Of a stretch of 64,000 bases of DNA, positions 1 through 10,825 are shown piece after piece; within the stretch, counting starts at the first letter, position 1; each line of letters opens with the position of its first letter. A program made the position numbers and the translations under genes. Location: the sequence record NC_019405.1. One strand, 5' to 3'. A model generated the notes under the pieces. That model did no database searches. It was not told the origin of the DNA and worked only from the letters and a program-made list of their open reading frames with translations.

Positions 1-2
1 CG

Positions 3-3000
3 GCGACCGCCGCCACCGGAGCCTTCACGGGCCTGCGCAAGGCGCTCAACGTCCTGCCCGGCGTCGCCCTGGCGGGGGCCGTCGCCCTGGCGATCTTCGG
101 CAACAGCATCACCAAGCTGAACGACAAGGCCGTCTCGTACAACAACATCGCCGCCGGCGCCCTGGGCACGGTGGGCGACGAGATCGGCAACGGCATGACC
201 GGGCTGATCAACGGCATCCGGGGCCTGTTCGGCGCCCAGCAGAAGGCCCAGGGCACCGGCGACTGGCTGGTGGACCTCTCGGCGACGCTGATCGTCTTCG
301 GCAAGGCCATCTTCACCCTGGCGACCACGCTCGGTAAAATCCTCGGTACGCTGATGGCCAATGTCATCATCCCGTGGATCGAATTGGGTCAGAAGCTGGC
401 GTCGGGCGATCTGAAGGGCGCGGCGGCCAAGTCCGGTGAAGTCCTCATGGGTCAACTGGGCAAGGGTAACCGCGAGCGCTGGGCCGAACTGGGCAAGGAA
501 CTGGGCAAGGACTGGGGCAAGGCCCTGGACTACGCGGGCACGCGCCAATCGATCGTCAATGGCGCCCTGAAGTCGGCGGCCGGCGACAGCGCCGCCCAGC
601 AGGGGGCCAACGCCGCCGAGAAGATGACCGAGGCGGCCCTGGCGCAGATGAAGGCCGCCGACCAGCAGGCCCTCGCCGCCGCCGACCTGAAGGACGCCAC
701 GGCGAACTTCAAGAAGGACCTGGAGCCGCTCAACTTCAACGACCTCTTCAAGCGCGCCTCCGCCCTGGCCGATGGCAGCTTCGCACGCACCGCCGCCGCA
801 TCCAAGCCGGGCGGCGTGATGGCGCCGCCGGCCGTGGCGACCCAGCAAACCGCCGCCGCCGTCAAGGCGACCATCGCCTCGATGGGCGATCGCGTGTACG
901 CGACGGCCGGACAGCACCTCGGTCAGACCGAAACCAAGGACGCCGCGTCCCTGCAAGCCTACTTCAAGGCCAACGGCGTCACCATCGACCCCAAGAAGCT
1001 CTCCTGGTGCGCGGCCTTCGTCAATGCCGTCCTGGCCCAGAACGGGCTCTCGGGCTCGGGCTCGCTGGCGGCCTCGTCCTTCAAGGACTACGGTGACGAG
1101 GTCTCGCGCACCGACGCCCGCAAGGGCGACATCGTCGTCCTCAAGCCTCAGGCGGCGGGCGCGACCGGTCACGTCGGCTTCCTCGACGGCTTTGACCGCC
1201 ACGGCAACGTGCGCGTCCTGGGCGGCAACCAGGGCGCGGCCGGCGGCGGCGGCGTCAACGTCTCGACCTTCGCCTCCAATCAGGTCGTCTCCTTCCGCCG
1301 CACGGGCAGCGGCGGGGCCTCCAACTTCCTGGGCGGCGGGATCACCGAGGCCCAGGGCGAAGAAGGCGGCTCGCGCTACGAGCGCCGGATGAACGCCTTC
1401 AAGGCGCTCGGGACGATCACCGGCCAAGCCTCGCCGGCCGCCGACGCCCTGGCCGACTACCAAGGCAACCTCGAAAAGCTGCGCGACATCATCGTCTCGG
1501 AAGAGAAGCTGATGAAGGACGTCGGAGGCGACGGCCAGTCGTTCTTCAACAAGACGAACCTGGAAGCCCTGGTCGCCGCCCAGAAGAAGTGGAACCGCTC
1601 GATCGTCGAGGCGCTCAACCCGATCGCCAAGGAAGCCCGGAGCCTCTCCGAGGCCAACGACGTCCTGCAACTGCGCGCCAAGGGCCTGTCGCAGGAAGCC
1701 GACTGGCAAGAGCGCCTGACCGAACTGCGCAACTCCGGCATCAATGTCGACCTGATGCAGGACGAGGCCAAGTGGACCCAGTACCTGAACGAGTTGAAGA
1801 AGCAGGGCCTGGAGATCGACGTCAAGGCCCTGCAACTGAAGCCGGACGAACTGCGCTACCAGCAAGGCCGCGCCGAGGCGCTCCAGGCCGAACTCGACCT
1901 GACCAAGGCGCTGAACGACGCCAAGCTGGCGGGCATCGCCCGCACCGGCTCCAGCTACGACCGCACCCTGTCGGGCCTCGTCGCCGGCAAGGGCCGCGAC
2001 GGCGAGACGCTCGATCAGACCCGCCAGCGTCTGGCGGGGTCGGTCGGCAGCGACGGCCGCAACGCGCTGGAGGCCCTGCAAGAGCAGGCCGGCGTGATGG
2101 AAGGCTCGCGCATGGCTGACGTCAAGGCCAGCATGCAGTCGCAGCTTGAGATCATGCGCGAGAGCGCGCGCCTCAACAATACCCAGCGCGGCATCTACGA
2201 CGACTACCGCAACATCCTGGGCGAACTGCTGAACAAGCAGGGCGCCTCGCTGAAGGAACTGCTGGACTCGGCCGACGAGGAGACCAAGCGTCTCGCCCAG
2301 TCGTTCGTCCGCGCCAAGGCGGACTTCGAAAACCCGCCCGGCTTCCAGAAGTGGGCCGACTCCCTGGAGCCGCTGGACAAGCGCCTCCAGGACATCAAGG
2401 CCAACTTCCTCGACAACTTCTCCGGCGGCATCACCGATGCGCTGCTGGGTGAGAAGGTCGACTGGAAGGCGATGCTGCACGACACCTTCAAGCAGATGCT
2501 GCGCGCCCAGGTCGATGAGGGTCTGAAGAGCCTCACCTACAAGCTGCTCGGCCAGGGTGGCGACCAGGGCGCGGCCCAAACCCCCGAAGCCCAGGCGCTG
2601 GTCTCGGCGGCCGATGTCCAATTGCAGGCCGGCAACAGCCTGCAACAAGCCGCCGCGAGCCTGATGCAGGCGGCTCAGACCACCGCGACCGCCGGCGCGG
2701 GCGGCGGCCTGGGCGTGATGACGGGCGGACCCGCGATGGGCGGCCTCGGCAGTCTCCTGGGCGGGGGCGGCGCCATGGGTGGTGGCGGCGGCCTCGGCGC
2801 GCTGGCCGGCGTCCTGGGCGGCGGCGACGGCACGGCGACCAACCCGTTCTCGATCGCCGACTCCATTCTCAAGCCCCTGGTCGTCGACCAGACCGGCGGA
2901 CCGGGCTTCCAGGCGGCGGGCGCTGCGCTCCAGGGCCTGAACATCACCCCGCCGGGCGGCGGCGGCTTCCTGTCGGGCCTGGGCTCGATGTTCCAAGGCG

Positions 3001-3653
3001 GCCTGGGCTCGATGCTGCAAGGCGCCCTGAGCTTCGCCGGTCCGCTGCTGGGCGGCCTGCTGACGGGCGGCAAGAAGAGCCCCAAGACGCCGGCGAGCTA
3101 CCGCATGCCGGGCGGCGTCATCGGTCAGGCGAGCACCAACAGCGTCTCGGGCCGCGTGGTTGGCCCCAAGCAAAACCTGATCGGCTCTCTGGCGAACCTG
3201 GGCTTCCAGTTGTTCGCGGGCGGCATGGGCGGCGGCGGCGGCCTGATGAGCATGTTCGGCATGGGCGGCGCTGGTGGCGCGGGAAGCTTCATTGGCTTCA
3301 AGGAAGGCGGCCTGACGGGCGCGCCGGTCAACCGTTATACCGTCTCCTCGCTGGGCTCGATGTTCGCCAACGCTCCGCACTATGCCGAGGGCACCAGCAA
3401 CACCAAGCTGGCCAACGGCGGCATGCCGGCGATCGTCCACCCGGACGAGGCGGTGATCCCGCTGTCGCGTGGCCGCAACGTCCCGGTGGAACTGAAGGGC
3501 GCCGGCGGCGGAAGCTCGACCACCGTGGTCTCGCCGATCACCGTCTACGCCAACGACGTCGATAGCTTCCGCCCGGCCCAGGCGCAGATTGCCCGCAAGC
3601 AGAACCGCACCCTGCGCCGCGCGGCCTTGCGCAACGCCTCGATGGTCAACTAG
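3..3653 (+). CDS. Tail tape measure protein (5'-truncated by the window edge) with an internal CHAP/NlpC-like peptidoglycan hydrolase domain (TIGR02594-like)
   Basis: The frame is open from base 3 (the ORF track starts it at 171). Long Ala/Gly-rich helical sequence with an internal SWCAAFVNAVL...GDIVVL...GHVGF...VLGGNQ motif; lies directly upstream of the tail-tip genes. Confidence 0.88.
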   Translation, partial: ATAATGAFTGLRKALNVLPGVALAGAVALAIFGNSITKLNDKAVSYNNIAAGALGTVGDEIGNGMTGLINGIRGLFGAQQKAQGTGDWLVDLSATLIVFGKAIFTLATTLGKILGTLMANVIIPWIELGQKLASGDLKGAAAKSGEVLMGQLGKGNRERWAELGKELGKDWGKALDYAGTRQSIVNGALKSAAGDSAAQQGANAAEKMTEAALAQMKAADQQALAAADLKDATANFKKDLEPLNFNDLFKRASALADGSFARTAAASKPGGVMAPPAVATQQTAAAVKATIASMGDRVYATAGQHLGQTETKDAASLQAYFKANGVTIDPKKLSWCAAFVNAVLAQNGLSGSGSLAASSFKDYGDEVSRTDARKGDIVVLKPQAAGATGHVGFLDGFDRHGNVRVLGGNQGAAGGGGVNVSTFASNQVVSFRRTGSGGASNFLGGGITEAQGEEGGSRYERRMNAFKALGTITGQASPAADALADYQGNLEKLRDIIVSEEKLMKDVGGDGQSFFNKTNLEALVAAQKKWNRSIVEALNPIAKEARSLSEANDVLQLRAKGLSQEADWQERLTELRNSGINVDLMQDEAKWTQYLNELKKQGLEIDVKALQLKPDELRYQQGRAEALQAELDLTKALNDAKLAGIARTGSSYDRTLSGLVAGKGRDGETLDQTRQRLAGSVGSDGRNALEALQEQAGVMEGSRMADVKASMQSQLEIMRESARLNNTQRGIYDDYRNILGELLNKQGASLKELLDSADEETKRLAQSFVRAKADFENPPGFQKWADSLEPLDKRLQDIKANFLDNFSGGITDALLGEKVDWKAMLHDTFKQMLRAQVDEGLKSLTYKLLGQGGDQGAAQTPEAQALVSAADVQLQAGNSLQQAAASLMQAAQTTATAGAGGGLGVMTGGPAMGGLGSLLGGGGAMGGGGGLGALAGVLGGGDGTATNPFSIADSILKPLVVDQTGGPGFQAAGAALQGLNITPPGGGGFLSGLGSMFQGGLGSMLQGALSFAGPLLGGLLTGGKKSPKTPASYRMPGGVIGQASTNSVSGRVVGPKQNLIGSLANLGFQLFAGGMGGGGGLMSMFGMGGAGGAGSFIGFKEGGLTGAPVNRYTVSSLGSMFANAPHYAEGTSNTKLANGGMPAIVHPDEAVIPLSRGRNVPVELKGAGGGSSTTVVSPITVYANDVDSFRPAQAQIARKQNRTLRRAALRNASMVN

Positions 3654-3668
3654 CTGTCACCCACGACA

Positions 3669-3683
3669 GTCGTGAATCTTGAC
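3669..3683 (+). promoter_or_regulatory. Repeated phage promoter/operator motif GTCGTGAATCTTGAC
   Basis: Exact copy in the intergenic gap upstream of the DUF2460 gene; its last 5 nt form a TTGAC -35 box. Confidence 0.7.
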
Positions 3684-3736
3684 GTTCCTGGATGATCGTG
3701 GCATCCAGGGACACCTCCTTTCATGGTTAATGCCCG

Positions 3737-4387
3737 ATGCCGAGCTTCCACGACGTCCTGTTCCCCGAGACCATCAGCTACGGCTCGTCCGGTGGTCCGA
3801 AGTTCAAGACCACGATCTTCCAGGCCGACAGCGGCTTTGAGCAGCGCAACAAGGACTGGAGCGACATCCGCTGCGAGTACGATGTCGCCCAGTCGATCCG
3901 CTCGACCGAGGACATGGACGAGCTTCGCGCCTTCTTCATGGCCCGCAACGGCCGCGCCCACGGTTTCCGCTACAAGGACTGGGGCGACTTCCGCCTCAAG
4001 AACCAGTTGATCGGCGTCGGCGACGGCCTCACCAAGGTCTTCCAGATCGTCAAGACCTATACCAGCGTCGCCCACGACGGCACCGAGTACACCTACACCC
4101 GCACGATCCGCAAGCCCAAGTGGGACTCGATCGCCGGCGTCAAGGTCGGCGCCGTGGTCCAGGTCGCCCCGACCAACTACGAGGTCGACTATTCGACCGG
4201 CCTGATGACCTTCGTCACCGCGCCGCCGGCCGACGCCCCGGTCACCATTGGCCTGGGCGAGTTCCACGTCCCCGTCCGCTTCGACACCGACTTCATGGAC
4301 GTCACCCAGGAGTTCTGGATGCGCGAGACGTGGCCCAACATCCCGATCGTCGAAATCCGTGACTGGCAAGAGGCCCTGACGCCGTGA
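3737..4387 (+). CDS. GTA-like distal tail protein (DUF2460/TIGR02217 family)
   Basis: FHDVLFP..ISYGSSGGP.F.T...SG.EQRN..W and FF.AR.GRAHGFRYKDW.D motifs, plus C-terminal F.VPVRFDTD. Confidence 0.88.
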   Translation: MPSFHDVLFPETISYGSSGGPKFKTTIFQADSGFEQRNKDWSDIRCEYDVAQSIRSTEDMDELRAFFMARNGRAHGFRYKDWGDFRLKNQLIGVGDGLTKVFQIVKTYTSVAHDGTEYTYTRTIRKPKWDSIAGVKVGAVVQVAPTNYEVDYSTGLMTFVTAPPADAPVTIGLGEFHVPVRFDTDFMDVTQEFWMRETWPNIPIVEIRDWQEALTP

Positions 4388-6009
4388 AATCCGTCCCCGA
4401 AGACCTGATGGCGCACCTCCAGGAGGAGGTGACCACGCTGGCGACGTGCATCACGATCGTGCGCCAGGACGGCAAGGCGTTCTTCATGACCGACCACGAC
4501 CGGCCGATCAAGTTCGAGAACCAGACCTACGTCCCCTACGACTCCTACCAGCGCACGTCGATCCTGATGTCGTCGGAACTGGAAGTCGACACCGCCGACA
4601 TCACCGCCTTCCTGACCTCGAACGGGGTGACGCGCGACGACGTCGCCTCGGGCCTGTTCGACTACGCCGCGATCAAGGTCCAATTGCTGAACTACGAGCG
4701 GCCCGAGGACGGGGCGATCCTGCTCCGCAAAGGCACGTTCGGCGAAGTGACCATGAACCAGGACGAGACCTTCTCGGCCGAAATCCGGGGCATGACCCAG
4801 GTCCTGACCTACCGGGTCGGGGAGACCTATGCGCCTGAGTGCCGGGCGGACCTCGGCGACCGCCGCTGCAAGATCGGCCTGATGCCGGAAGAATGGCAAG
4901 CCAACAAATACTACGGCCTCGATGCCTGCGTGCTGGGCGAACTCGTCGCCCCGACGTCGTTCGTCAATCCCGTGGTCGTCAACGGCAACTTCGAGGACGG
5001 CGCCCTCAACGCCGTCGTCACCGCGCCGACGGGCTGGGTGGCCTATGGCGATCCGACTAGCCGCTGGGTCTACAAGCACGACTGGTACAACCTGTCGCGC
5101 CCACAGGTCGGCAACCAGTTCATCGCCGCCACCCGCACCTCGATCTCCGACAAGCAGGAAGTCGCGGGCATCTACCAGGACATCAACCTCATTTCCGCCG
5201 GCGTGCCCGCCGCCGCGATCGACGGCGGCCTCTGCCGCGTGCGCTACAAGTCCTTCGCCGCCTGCCTCAACAACCGCGCCCAGTCGCGCGAACGCCTGAC
5301 CTGCATCAAGGCCGACGGCTCGGTGGAGACGATCTGGGACACCGGCGAGATCAAGTACCCCGAGGATCGCTGGATCGCGGTCAACGCCGACGACATCCTG
5401 ATCCCGGCCGGCACGCGTGTCCTGCGCATCGACCTGTGGTCCAAGAAGCGCAGTGTCCACGAGGAGGGCGCGGCCTATGACGGGATCAGCCTGTCGATCA
5501 ACCTGCCGGCAGGCACCGCCGGCAACGCCCATGTCTATGGCGGGGTGATGTTCAAGTGCATCCAGGCGGGGATCAGTGGCGGCACTCAGCCGGCCTGGAC
5601 CAACGAACTGGGCGCCACCTATACCGACGGCACGGTCATCTGGCAGTGCGTGTCCAACTACAAGAAGGTGGGCACGGTCGCCACGGTCGCCTCCAACAAG
5701 TCGTTCACCTCGACCGACATCACCGAGCCGGCCGGTCACTACGACGGCGGCGTGCTCTACTGGGAGACCGGCCGCAACGCCGGACGCGCCCAGGAGATCA
5801 AGACCTGGGCCGCCAACCTCTTCACGCTTTTCCAGCGCACCTACTATCCAATCACGGCGGGCGACCGCTTCGTGGTCTATCCCGGCTGCGACAAGCGCCG
5901 CGCCACCTGCGCCGACAAGTTCCATAATATCCACAATTTCCGCGCCGAGCCCGACGTGCCCGGTCAGGACATCTACTACCGCACGCCCAACGCTCCGGAG
6001 CAGGAATGA
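4384..6009 (+). CDS. GTA-like tail hub/baseplate protein (DUF2163 + BR0599 C-terminus) with an inserted carbohydrate-binding-like domain
   Basis: N-terminal TTLATC..I.RQDG...F.TDHDR, central CRADLGD.RC, C-terminal GCDKRRATCADKFHNIHNFR.EP.VPG. Confidence 0.85.
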   Translation: MKSVPEDLMAHLQEEVTTLATCITIVRQDGKAFFMTDHDRPIKFENQTYVPYDSYQRTSILMSSELEVDTADITAFLTSNGVTRDDVASGLFDYAAIKVQLLNYERPEDGAILLRKGTFGEVTMNQDETFSAEIRGMTQVLTYRVGETYAPECRADLGDRRCKIGLMPEEWQANKYYGLDACVLGELVAPTSFVNPVVVNGNFEDGALNAVVTAPTGWVAYGDPTSRWVYKHDWYNLSRPQVGNQFIAATRTSISDKQEVAGIYQDINLISAGVPAAAIDGGLCRVRYKSFAACLNNRAQSRERLTCIKADGSVETIWDTGEIKYPEDRWIAVNADDILIPAGTRVLRIDLWSKKRSVHEEGAAYDGISLSINLPAGTAGNAHVYGGVMFKCIQAGISGGTQPAWTNELGATYTDGTVIWQCVSNYKKVGTVATVASNKSFTSTDITEPAGHYDGGVLYWETGRNAGRAQEIKTWAANLFTLFQRTYYPITAGDRFVVYPGCDKRRATCADKFHNIHNFRAEPDVPGQDIYYRTPNAPEQE

Positions 6010-6431
6010 CCCGCGACGACATCGTGACCGAAGCGCGCCGCTATGTCGCGCTCCAAACCCCCTGGCGCCATCGAGGCCGCACCGAACGCGGCCTCGACTG
6101 CATCGGGCTGGCCGTCATGATCTTCGAAAAGTTCAACCTGGAGTATATGGACCAGGACGGCTACGCGCGCACGCCCGACGGCGAGAAGTTCGTCGACGTG
6201 ATCCGCCAGCACATGACCCTGGCCGATCCGACGGCGCTCAAGCCGGGCATGCTGCTGTTGTTCAACGACGATGCCCGGCCCTGCCATGTCGGCATCCTGG
6301 CGCGCCAGCACGGACGCCTGACCCTGATCCACGCGACCGCCGACAAGAAGCGGACGGTCGAGGAAGTCTATGACCGCCGCTATGCCGCCCGGTTCCGCAT
6401 GGCCTTCGATTTCCCCGGCGTTGAGGACTAA
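6006..6431 (+). CDS. NlpC/P60 family tail-associated peptidase
   Basis: PWRHRGR...GLDCIGL catalytic Cys motif, HVGI and LIHA; position matches the GTA tail module. Confidence 0.88.
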   Translation: MTRDDIVTEARRYVALQTPWRHRGRTERGLDCIGLAVMIFEKFNLEYMDQDGYARTPDGEKFVDVIRQHMTLADPTALKPGMLLLFNDDARPCHVGILARQHGRLTLIHATADKKRTVEEVYDRRYAARFRMAFDFPGVED

Positions 6432-6433
6432 TC

Positions 6434-9400
6434 ATGGCCGCCGCCATTGCCCTTCCGATCGTCTCCGCCATTGTCAGCACGGCGATCAGCTACGCCTTCC
6501 CGAGCGACGGCCCGCGCCTGCGCGACACCAAGGTCTCGGCCTCGACCTACGGCAATGTGATCCCGGAAATCTACGGGACCGCCCGCGTCGGCGGCAACAT
6601 GATCTGGTCCAAGCCGTTCACCGAGAAGAAGAAGAAGAAGCGGGCCGGCAAGGGCGGCTCCTACTACAATGAGTACACCTACTACTGCGACTTCGCCATG
6701 GCGTTCTGCCGGGGTCCGGTCAAGGAAGTGCGCCGCATCTGGGCCGACGGCAAGGTGATCTACGACACCACCGGCGGCTCGGAGGTGATCGACAACAACA
6801 AGTACCGCTTCCGCTTCTATCCCGGCGACGAGGCGCAGCTTCCCGACAGCCTCATCGTCGAGGACAAGGGCGCCGACTACGCCCCCGCCTACCGGGGTCT
6901 CTGCTATGTCGTGTTCGACGACTTCGCCCTGGCCGATTTCGGCAACCGCATCCCGCAGATCATGGCCGAAGTCTACGCTGGAGACGAAGGCGGCGCGGCG
7001 ATCACCGACATCGTCCCGCTGCCCAGTTCTCCGGTCACCGGCGGCTCCTACCAGCTTGGCCAGATGATGATCGACGCCGACCGGGGCTACTTCTACCTCG
7101 TCGATCCGGTGTCCAACCCGGCGGGCACCGTCCTGCGCCGCTTCCTGCTGGCGAACGGCAAGGAAGACCGTCGCGAGATCGTCTCGATCCCGCAGGCCCA
7201 GTTCCCGCCCTCCGTCTATGACAGCCCTGAGCTAACCTCGGTCCGGGGCGTCACTTCCAAGGGCGAGCTTCTCTGCGTCTTCGGTGGCGTCAACAACTAC
7301 ATGCGGATCGAGAAACTCGATCCCTATTCCTGGCAGTCGCTGGGGACGATCGGCCGCAGTTATCCGTTCGAGGGCACGCCCGAGAACAGCCTGGAGCACT
7401 CCAACACCAACTTCGAGATTTCGCGGGACGAGAAAGGGAATTATCTCTGCCTGACGCTGGGGGTGTTTGGCGAGTACAACATCTTCGACCCGAGCGATAT
7501 GTCGTTCAAGGCCAAGGGCGACATGGCGGGCTGGAACGGACCAGCGACGCCGATGTACATCTGCGCCCGCCAGGGCGGCCCGGCGACCAGCCGCCGGTTC
7601 TACCATGTCACCTATGCCGGCGGGGCGTCCTTGCAGGTGTGCAGCCTGGGCGAGGTGCTCTACAACCATCCGGTGGAGTTCCCCGGCAATTCGCAGACCG
7701 CCACCGCTTGGGCCTTCTGGGACGAAGGCGATCCGGGCGTGGTCTTCTTCTATTCCGACGGCCCCAATCGCTACATCGCCAAGTGGTCGGAATCCACCGG
7801 CGTGCTCGCCTGGAAGACTCAGCTTCGCAACTCCGATCCGTTCTGCGGCTATGGGGTCTATGGTCTGCGCGCCCGGATCAAGGATAACGAGTTCCACTGG
7901 GTCTACAACAAGCACCTGTTCTCGATCAACACCGCCACGGGTCAGTGGATCGACCGGACCTTCGACCAGGACTTCTACAAGAGCGACAACGACAAAACCG
8001 CCGAACAGGTCAACGACGGCGACAAGGGCCTGCTGTTGCCCCGCGACATCTCCGAGGACTATGTCATCTACGATCCGCGCCGCAACATCGTGATTTGCGT
8101 CGGACAGATTCAGGGCCAAAACGGCATCGTCCACGTCGGAGGCTACACGGGGGGCAAGACCTCGGTGGGGGCCATTGTCGAGCGTCTTCTGGTCTCGACG
8201 GGGCAGATGACCTCGAACGACTACGACCTGACGCCGCTCTACGACATCCCGGTCTACGGGTACGGCTACGCCTCCTCGACCGACATTAAGTCGATCATCG
8301 CCGAACTGCGCAACCTCTTCATGTTCGACCTCGTCGAAAGCGACGGTCGACTGGTCGCGCGCGTGCGCGGCGATCAGGACCCTGACGCCGAGGTGCCCTG
8401 GAAGCTCCTGGGCTCCCAGAGCGGCCCGACCCCGGACAAGGCCGACTACTGGAAAGAGACCCGGATGTCGGAGTCCGACCTCCCGGCCTCGATCGACCTG
8501 ACCTATTCGAACATCGATGACGACTACAATCCGTCAACGGCCAAGTCCAAGCGGATCGCCTCGCCGGTGGCGACCATGCTGTCGCGTCAACAGGTCAAGG
8601 CCGAGTGCAACCTCGTCATGGACGCGACCGAGGCCAAGAACCGCGTCAACATCATGCTCTACACCCAGTGGGAGGAACGCACGCAGCACCAGACGGCCCT
8701 TCCCTGGCTCTACGCCAATCTCGACGCCTCGGACCTGATCTCGGTGACCATGGAGGACGGCCGCAACTATTTCGAGCGGATCGGTTCGATCGAGTTCGGC
8801 GCCGACTTCTCCTCGCGCCTGGAAACCTATGGCACCGACAGCGGTGCCTACCTTTCGGACAAGACCGGCGACGGCGGCGGCGCTGGCCGTCCGACCGTCG
8901 TGCCGGCCCCCAAGCCGGTGGTGGGCTTCATCCTCAACACCCCACTGCTGCGCGACACCCACGACAGCGGCGGCAACTTCTCCAACTGGTATAGCGCCAT
9001 CGGCGCGGGCGCGCCGGGCGTGTTCCTCGGCGGCACGATGTTCAAGTCCGCCAACGCCCAGGACTATGTCGATCTCTACCAGGAGCCGGAGAGCGCCGAG
9101 TGGGGCACGGTGATGGGGGCCGTGCCCTCCCCCTCGCACGGCTGGTTCGCGCTCGACTGGGAAACGCGCATCACCATCACGCCGGCGGTCGACTTCTTCG
9201 AACTGGAGTCGATCACCGACGACGAGCTTTGGGAAGGGCTCAATCTCGTGGTGATCGGCGACGAGGTCCTCCAGTTCCGCGACGCGGTCCAGAACGCCGA
9301 CGGCACCTGGACGATCTGGAACCTGCTGCGCGGCCGGCGCGGGACGCAGTATGCCTGCGACAATCACAAGGCCGGCGAGCGGTTCGTGTTCCTCGACGAG

Positions 9401-9910
9401 CGCTCGATCGAGTTCCAGGCCGAGAACCTCGACACCTCGGGCCAGAACCGCTGGTATAAGGCCGTCGGCTCGGGCATGTCGCTGTTCGAGACCGATCCGA
9501 TCCAGATCAACTACCAGCCCCGCGACCTCATGCCCTACCGCCCGGCCGACATCCGTCGGGCGGTCGCGGGCGGAGACGTCACCGTGACCTGGAAGCGCCG
9601 CACGCGCTTCACGGCCACGCTGAAGGACGGCACCGGCGTGGTCAGCCTCAACGAAGGCGCCGAAGCTTACGAGGCCTATGTGCTCGCCGCACCGTACTCG
9701 GGCGACCTGTCGCGTCAAGACGCGCCGACCGCCTACCGTCGCAAATACACCCTGACGAGCCCAAGCTTCACCTACACGGCGGCCGAGCAGACGGCTGATG
9801 GATTTGACGTGAATCTTGACACTCTGCACGTGGTGATCTATCAGTTGAGTTCGGTTGTTGGTCGGGGTTTCCCCGGCGCGCGCTCGATTGAGTCCTGGCA
9901 GGACTTCTAA
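6434..9910 (+). CDS. Large tail-tip/host-specificity protein (GTA g15-like, Phage-tail_3)
   Basis: STYG..IPEIYGTARVGGNMIWS, PAYRGLCYVVFDDF.LADFGNRIP and C-terminal NLLRGRRGT motifs; 1158 aa. Confidence 0.85.
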   Translation: MAAAIALPIVSAIVSTAISYAFPSDGPRLRDTKVSASTYGNVIPEIYGTARVGGNMIWSKPFTEKKKKKRAGKGGSYYNEYTYYCDFAMAFCRGPVKEVRRIWADGKVIYDTTGGSEVIDNNKYRFRFYPGDEAQLPDSLIVEDKGADYAPAYRGLCYVVFDDFALADFGNRIPQIMAEVYAGDEGGAAITDIVPLPSSPVTGGSYQLGQMMIDADRGYFYLVDPVSNPAGTVLRRFLLANGKEDRREIVSIPQAQFPPSVYDSPELTSVRGVTSKGELLCVFGGVNNYMRIEKLDPYSWQSLGTIGRSYPFEGTPENSLEHSNTNFEISRDEKGNYLCLTLGVFGEYNIFDPSDMSFKAKGDMAGWNGPATPMYICARQGGPATSRRFYHVTYAGGASLQVCSLGEVLYNHPVEFPGNSQTATAWAFWDEGDPGVVFFYSDGPNRYIAKWSESTGVLAWKTQLRNSDPFCGYGVYGLRARIKDNEFHWVYNKHLFSINTATGQWIDRTFDQDFYKSDNDKTAEQVNDGDKGLLLPRDISEDYVIYDPRRNIVICVGQIQGQNGIVHVGGYTGGKTSVGAIVERLLVSTGQMTSNDYDLTPLYDIPVYGYGYASSTDIKSIIAELRNLFMFDLVESDGRLVARVRGDQDPDAEVPWKLLGSQSGPTPDKADYWKETRMSESDLPASIDLTYSNIDDDYNPSTAKSKRIASPVATMLSRQQVKAECNLVMDATEAKNRVNIMLYTQWEERTQHQTALPWLYANLDASDLISVTMEDGRNYFERIGSIEFGADFSSRLETYGTDSGAYLSDKTGDGGGAGRPTVVPAPKPVVGFILNTPLLRDTHDSGGNFSNWYSAIGAGAPGVFLGGTMFKSANAQDYVDLYQEPESAEWGTVMGAVPSPSHGWFALDWETRITITPAVDFFELESITDDELWEGLNLVVIGDEVLQFRDAVQNADGTWTIWNLLRGRRGTQYACDNHKAGERFVFLDERSIEFQAENLDTSGQNRWYKAVGSGMSLFETDPIQINYQPRDLMPYRPADIRRAVAGGDVTVTWKRRTRFTATLKDGTGVVSLNEGAEAYEAYVLAAPYSGDLSRQDAPTAYRRKYTLTSPSFTYTAAEQTADGFDVNLDTLHVVIYQLSSVVGRGFPGARSIESWQDF
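9806..9844 (+). promoter_or_regulatory. Internal promoter in the 3' end of the tail-tip gene (motif variant GACGTGAATC-TTGACA, 17 bp spacer, TATCAG)
   Basis: One-mismatch motif copy with sigma70-like spacing; would drive the downstream tail fibre genes. Confidence 0.55.
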
Positions 9911-9982
9911 GCCCCCTTTCCACAATCCCGCGATCCCGGCCTGGGCGCCGGGATCGTCCCTTGTCATAAAAGTCGTGGAACG

Positions 9983-10825
9983 ATGAGCAATACGCCGATC
10001 CTGAGCATCCCCCAGGTTGCCCCCAACCAGAACCAAAAAGAAGACACCATCAACACGGGTCTGGCGATCCTGGAGGCGGCCCAGAACGACGACATCCAGC
10101 TTACGGTGTCGTCGGGCACCTACAATATCACCACCGTTCAGTTCACCCGCGCCTTCCTGCACCGCTATGCGGGTCACACCAACGCCACGGTCGTGGCCGT
10201 CGTCCCCAACACCCCGCGCTGGTTCGCCGTCTCCAATGAAGGCGGCTTCGCGATGGGCCTGAAGGTCTTCGGGCAAACCCCGGTGACGACGATCCAGCCG
10301 GGCAAGATCGTCCTCTTCCAGTCCGACGGGACCACGCTACGGGCGATCTCCGAGGGCGTCAGCCGCATCTTCGACCTCTCCGACGTCGACGGCTCCGACA
10401 CGCCGTCCGACGGACAGGTCCTGGTCTGGAGCACCACGACCAGCCGGTTCGAGCCGGCCGATCTACCGGCCGATGTCGACTTCTGGACGACGGGGGTGAC
10501 CCCCAACGACGGCGTCGTGCTGCGCAAGCTCTTCCTGCGTCCGGTGCGCTTCCTGGCCAACTTCCTGGGCTCGGTCGCCAAGGCGGGCGTCGCGGCGACC
10601 GCCAGCACCGTCTTCACGGTCAAGAAGACCACCGGCGTCACCACCACCACGGTCGGGACCATCACCTTCACGGGCTCCTCGGCCGCCTTTTCGACGGACC
10701 AGGGCAGCGGCGCGGTCACCGTCAATTTCGGGGCCGGCGACGTCATGACCATCACCGGACCGGCCTCGGCCGACGCCACCCTCGCTGACATCGTCGCTTC
10801 CCTCAAGGGCGTCATCCTGCAATGA
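9983..10825 (+). CDS. Tail fibre-associated protein; short paralogue of the downstream fibre
   Basis: Shares N-terminal TPIL..P.VAPNQNQKEDTINT and C-terminal DATLADI...LKG with 10822-15060. Confidence 0.7.
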   Translation: MSNTPILSIPQVAPNQNQKEDTINTGLAILEAAQNDDIQLTVSSGTYNITTVQFTRAFLHRYAGHTNATVVAVVPNTPRWFAVSNEGGFAMGLKVFGQTPVTTIQPGKIVLFQSDGTTLRAISEGVSRIFDLSDVDGSDTPSDGQVLVWSTTTSRFEPADLPADVDFWTTGVTPNDGVVLRKLFLRPVRFLANFLGSVAKAGVAATASTVFTVKKTTGVTTTTVGTITFTGSSAAFSTDQGSGAVTVNFGAGDVMTITGPASADATLADIVASLKGVILQ

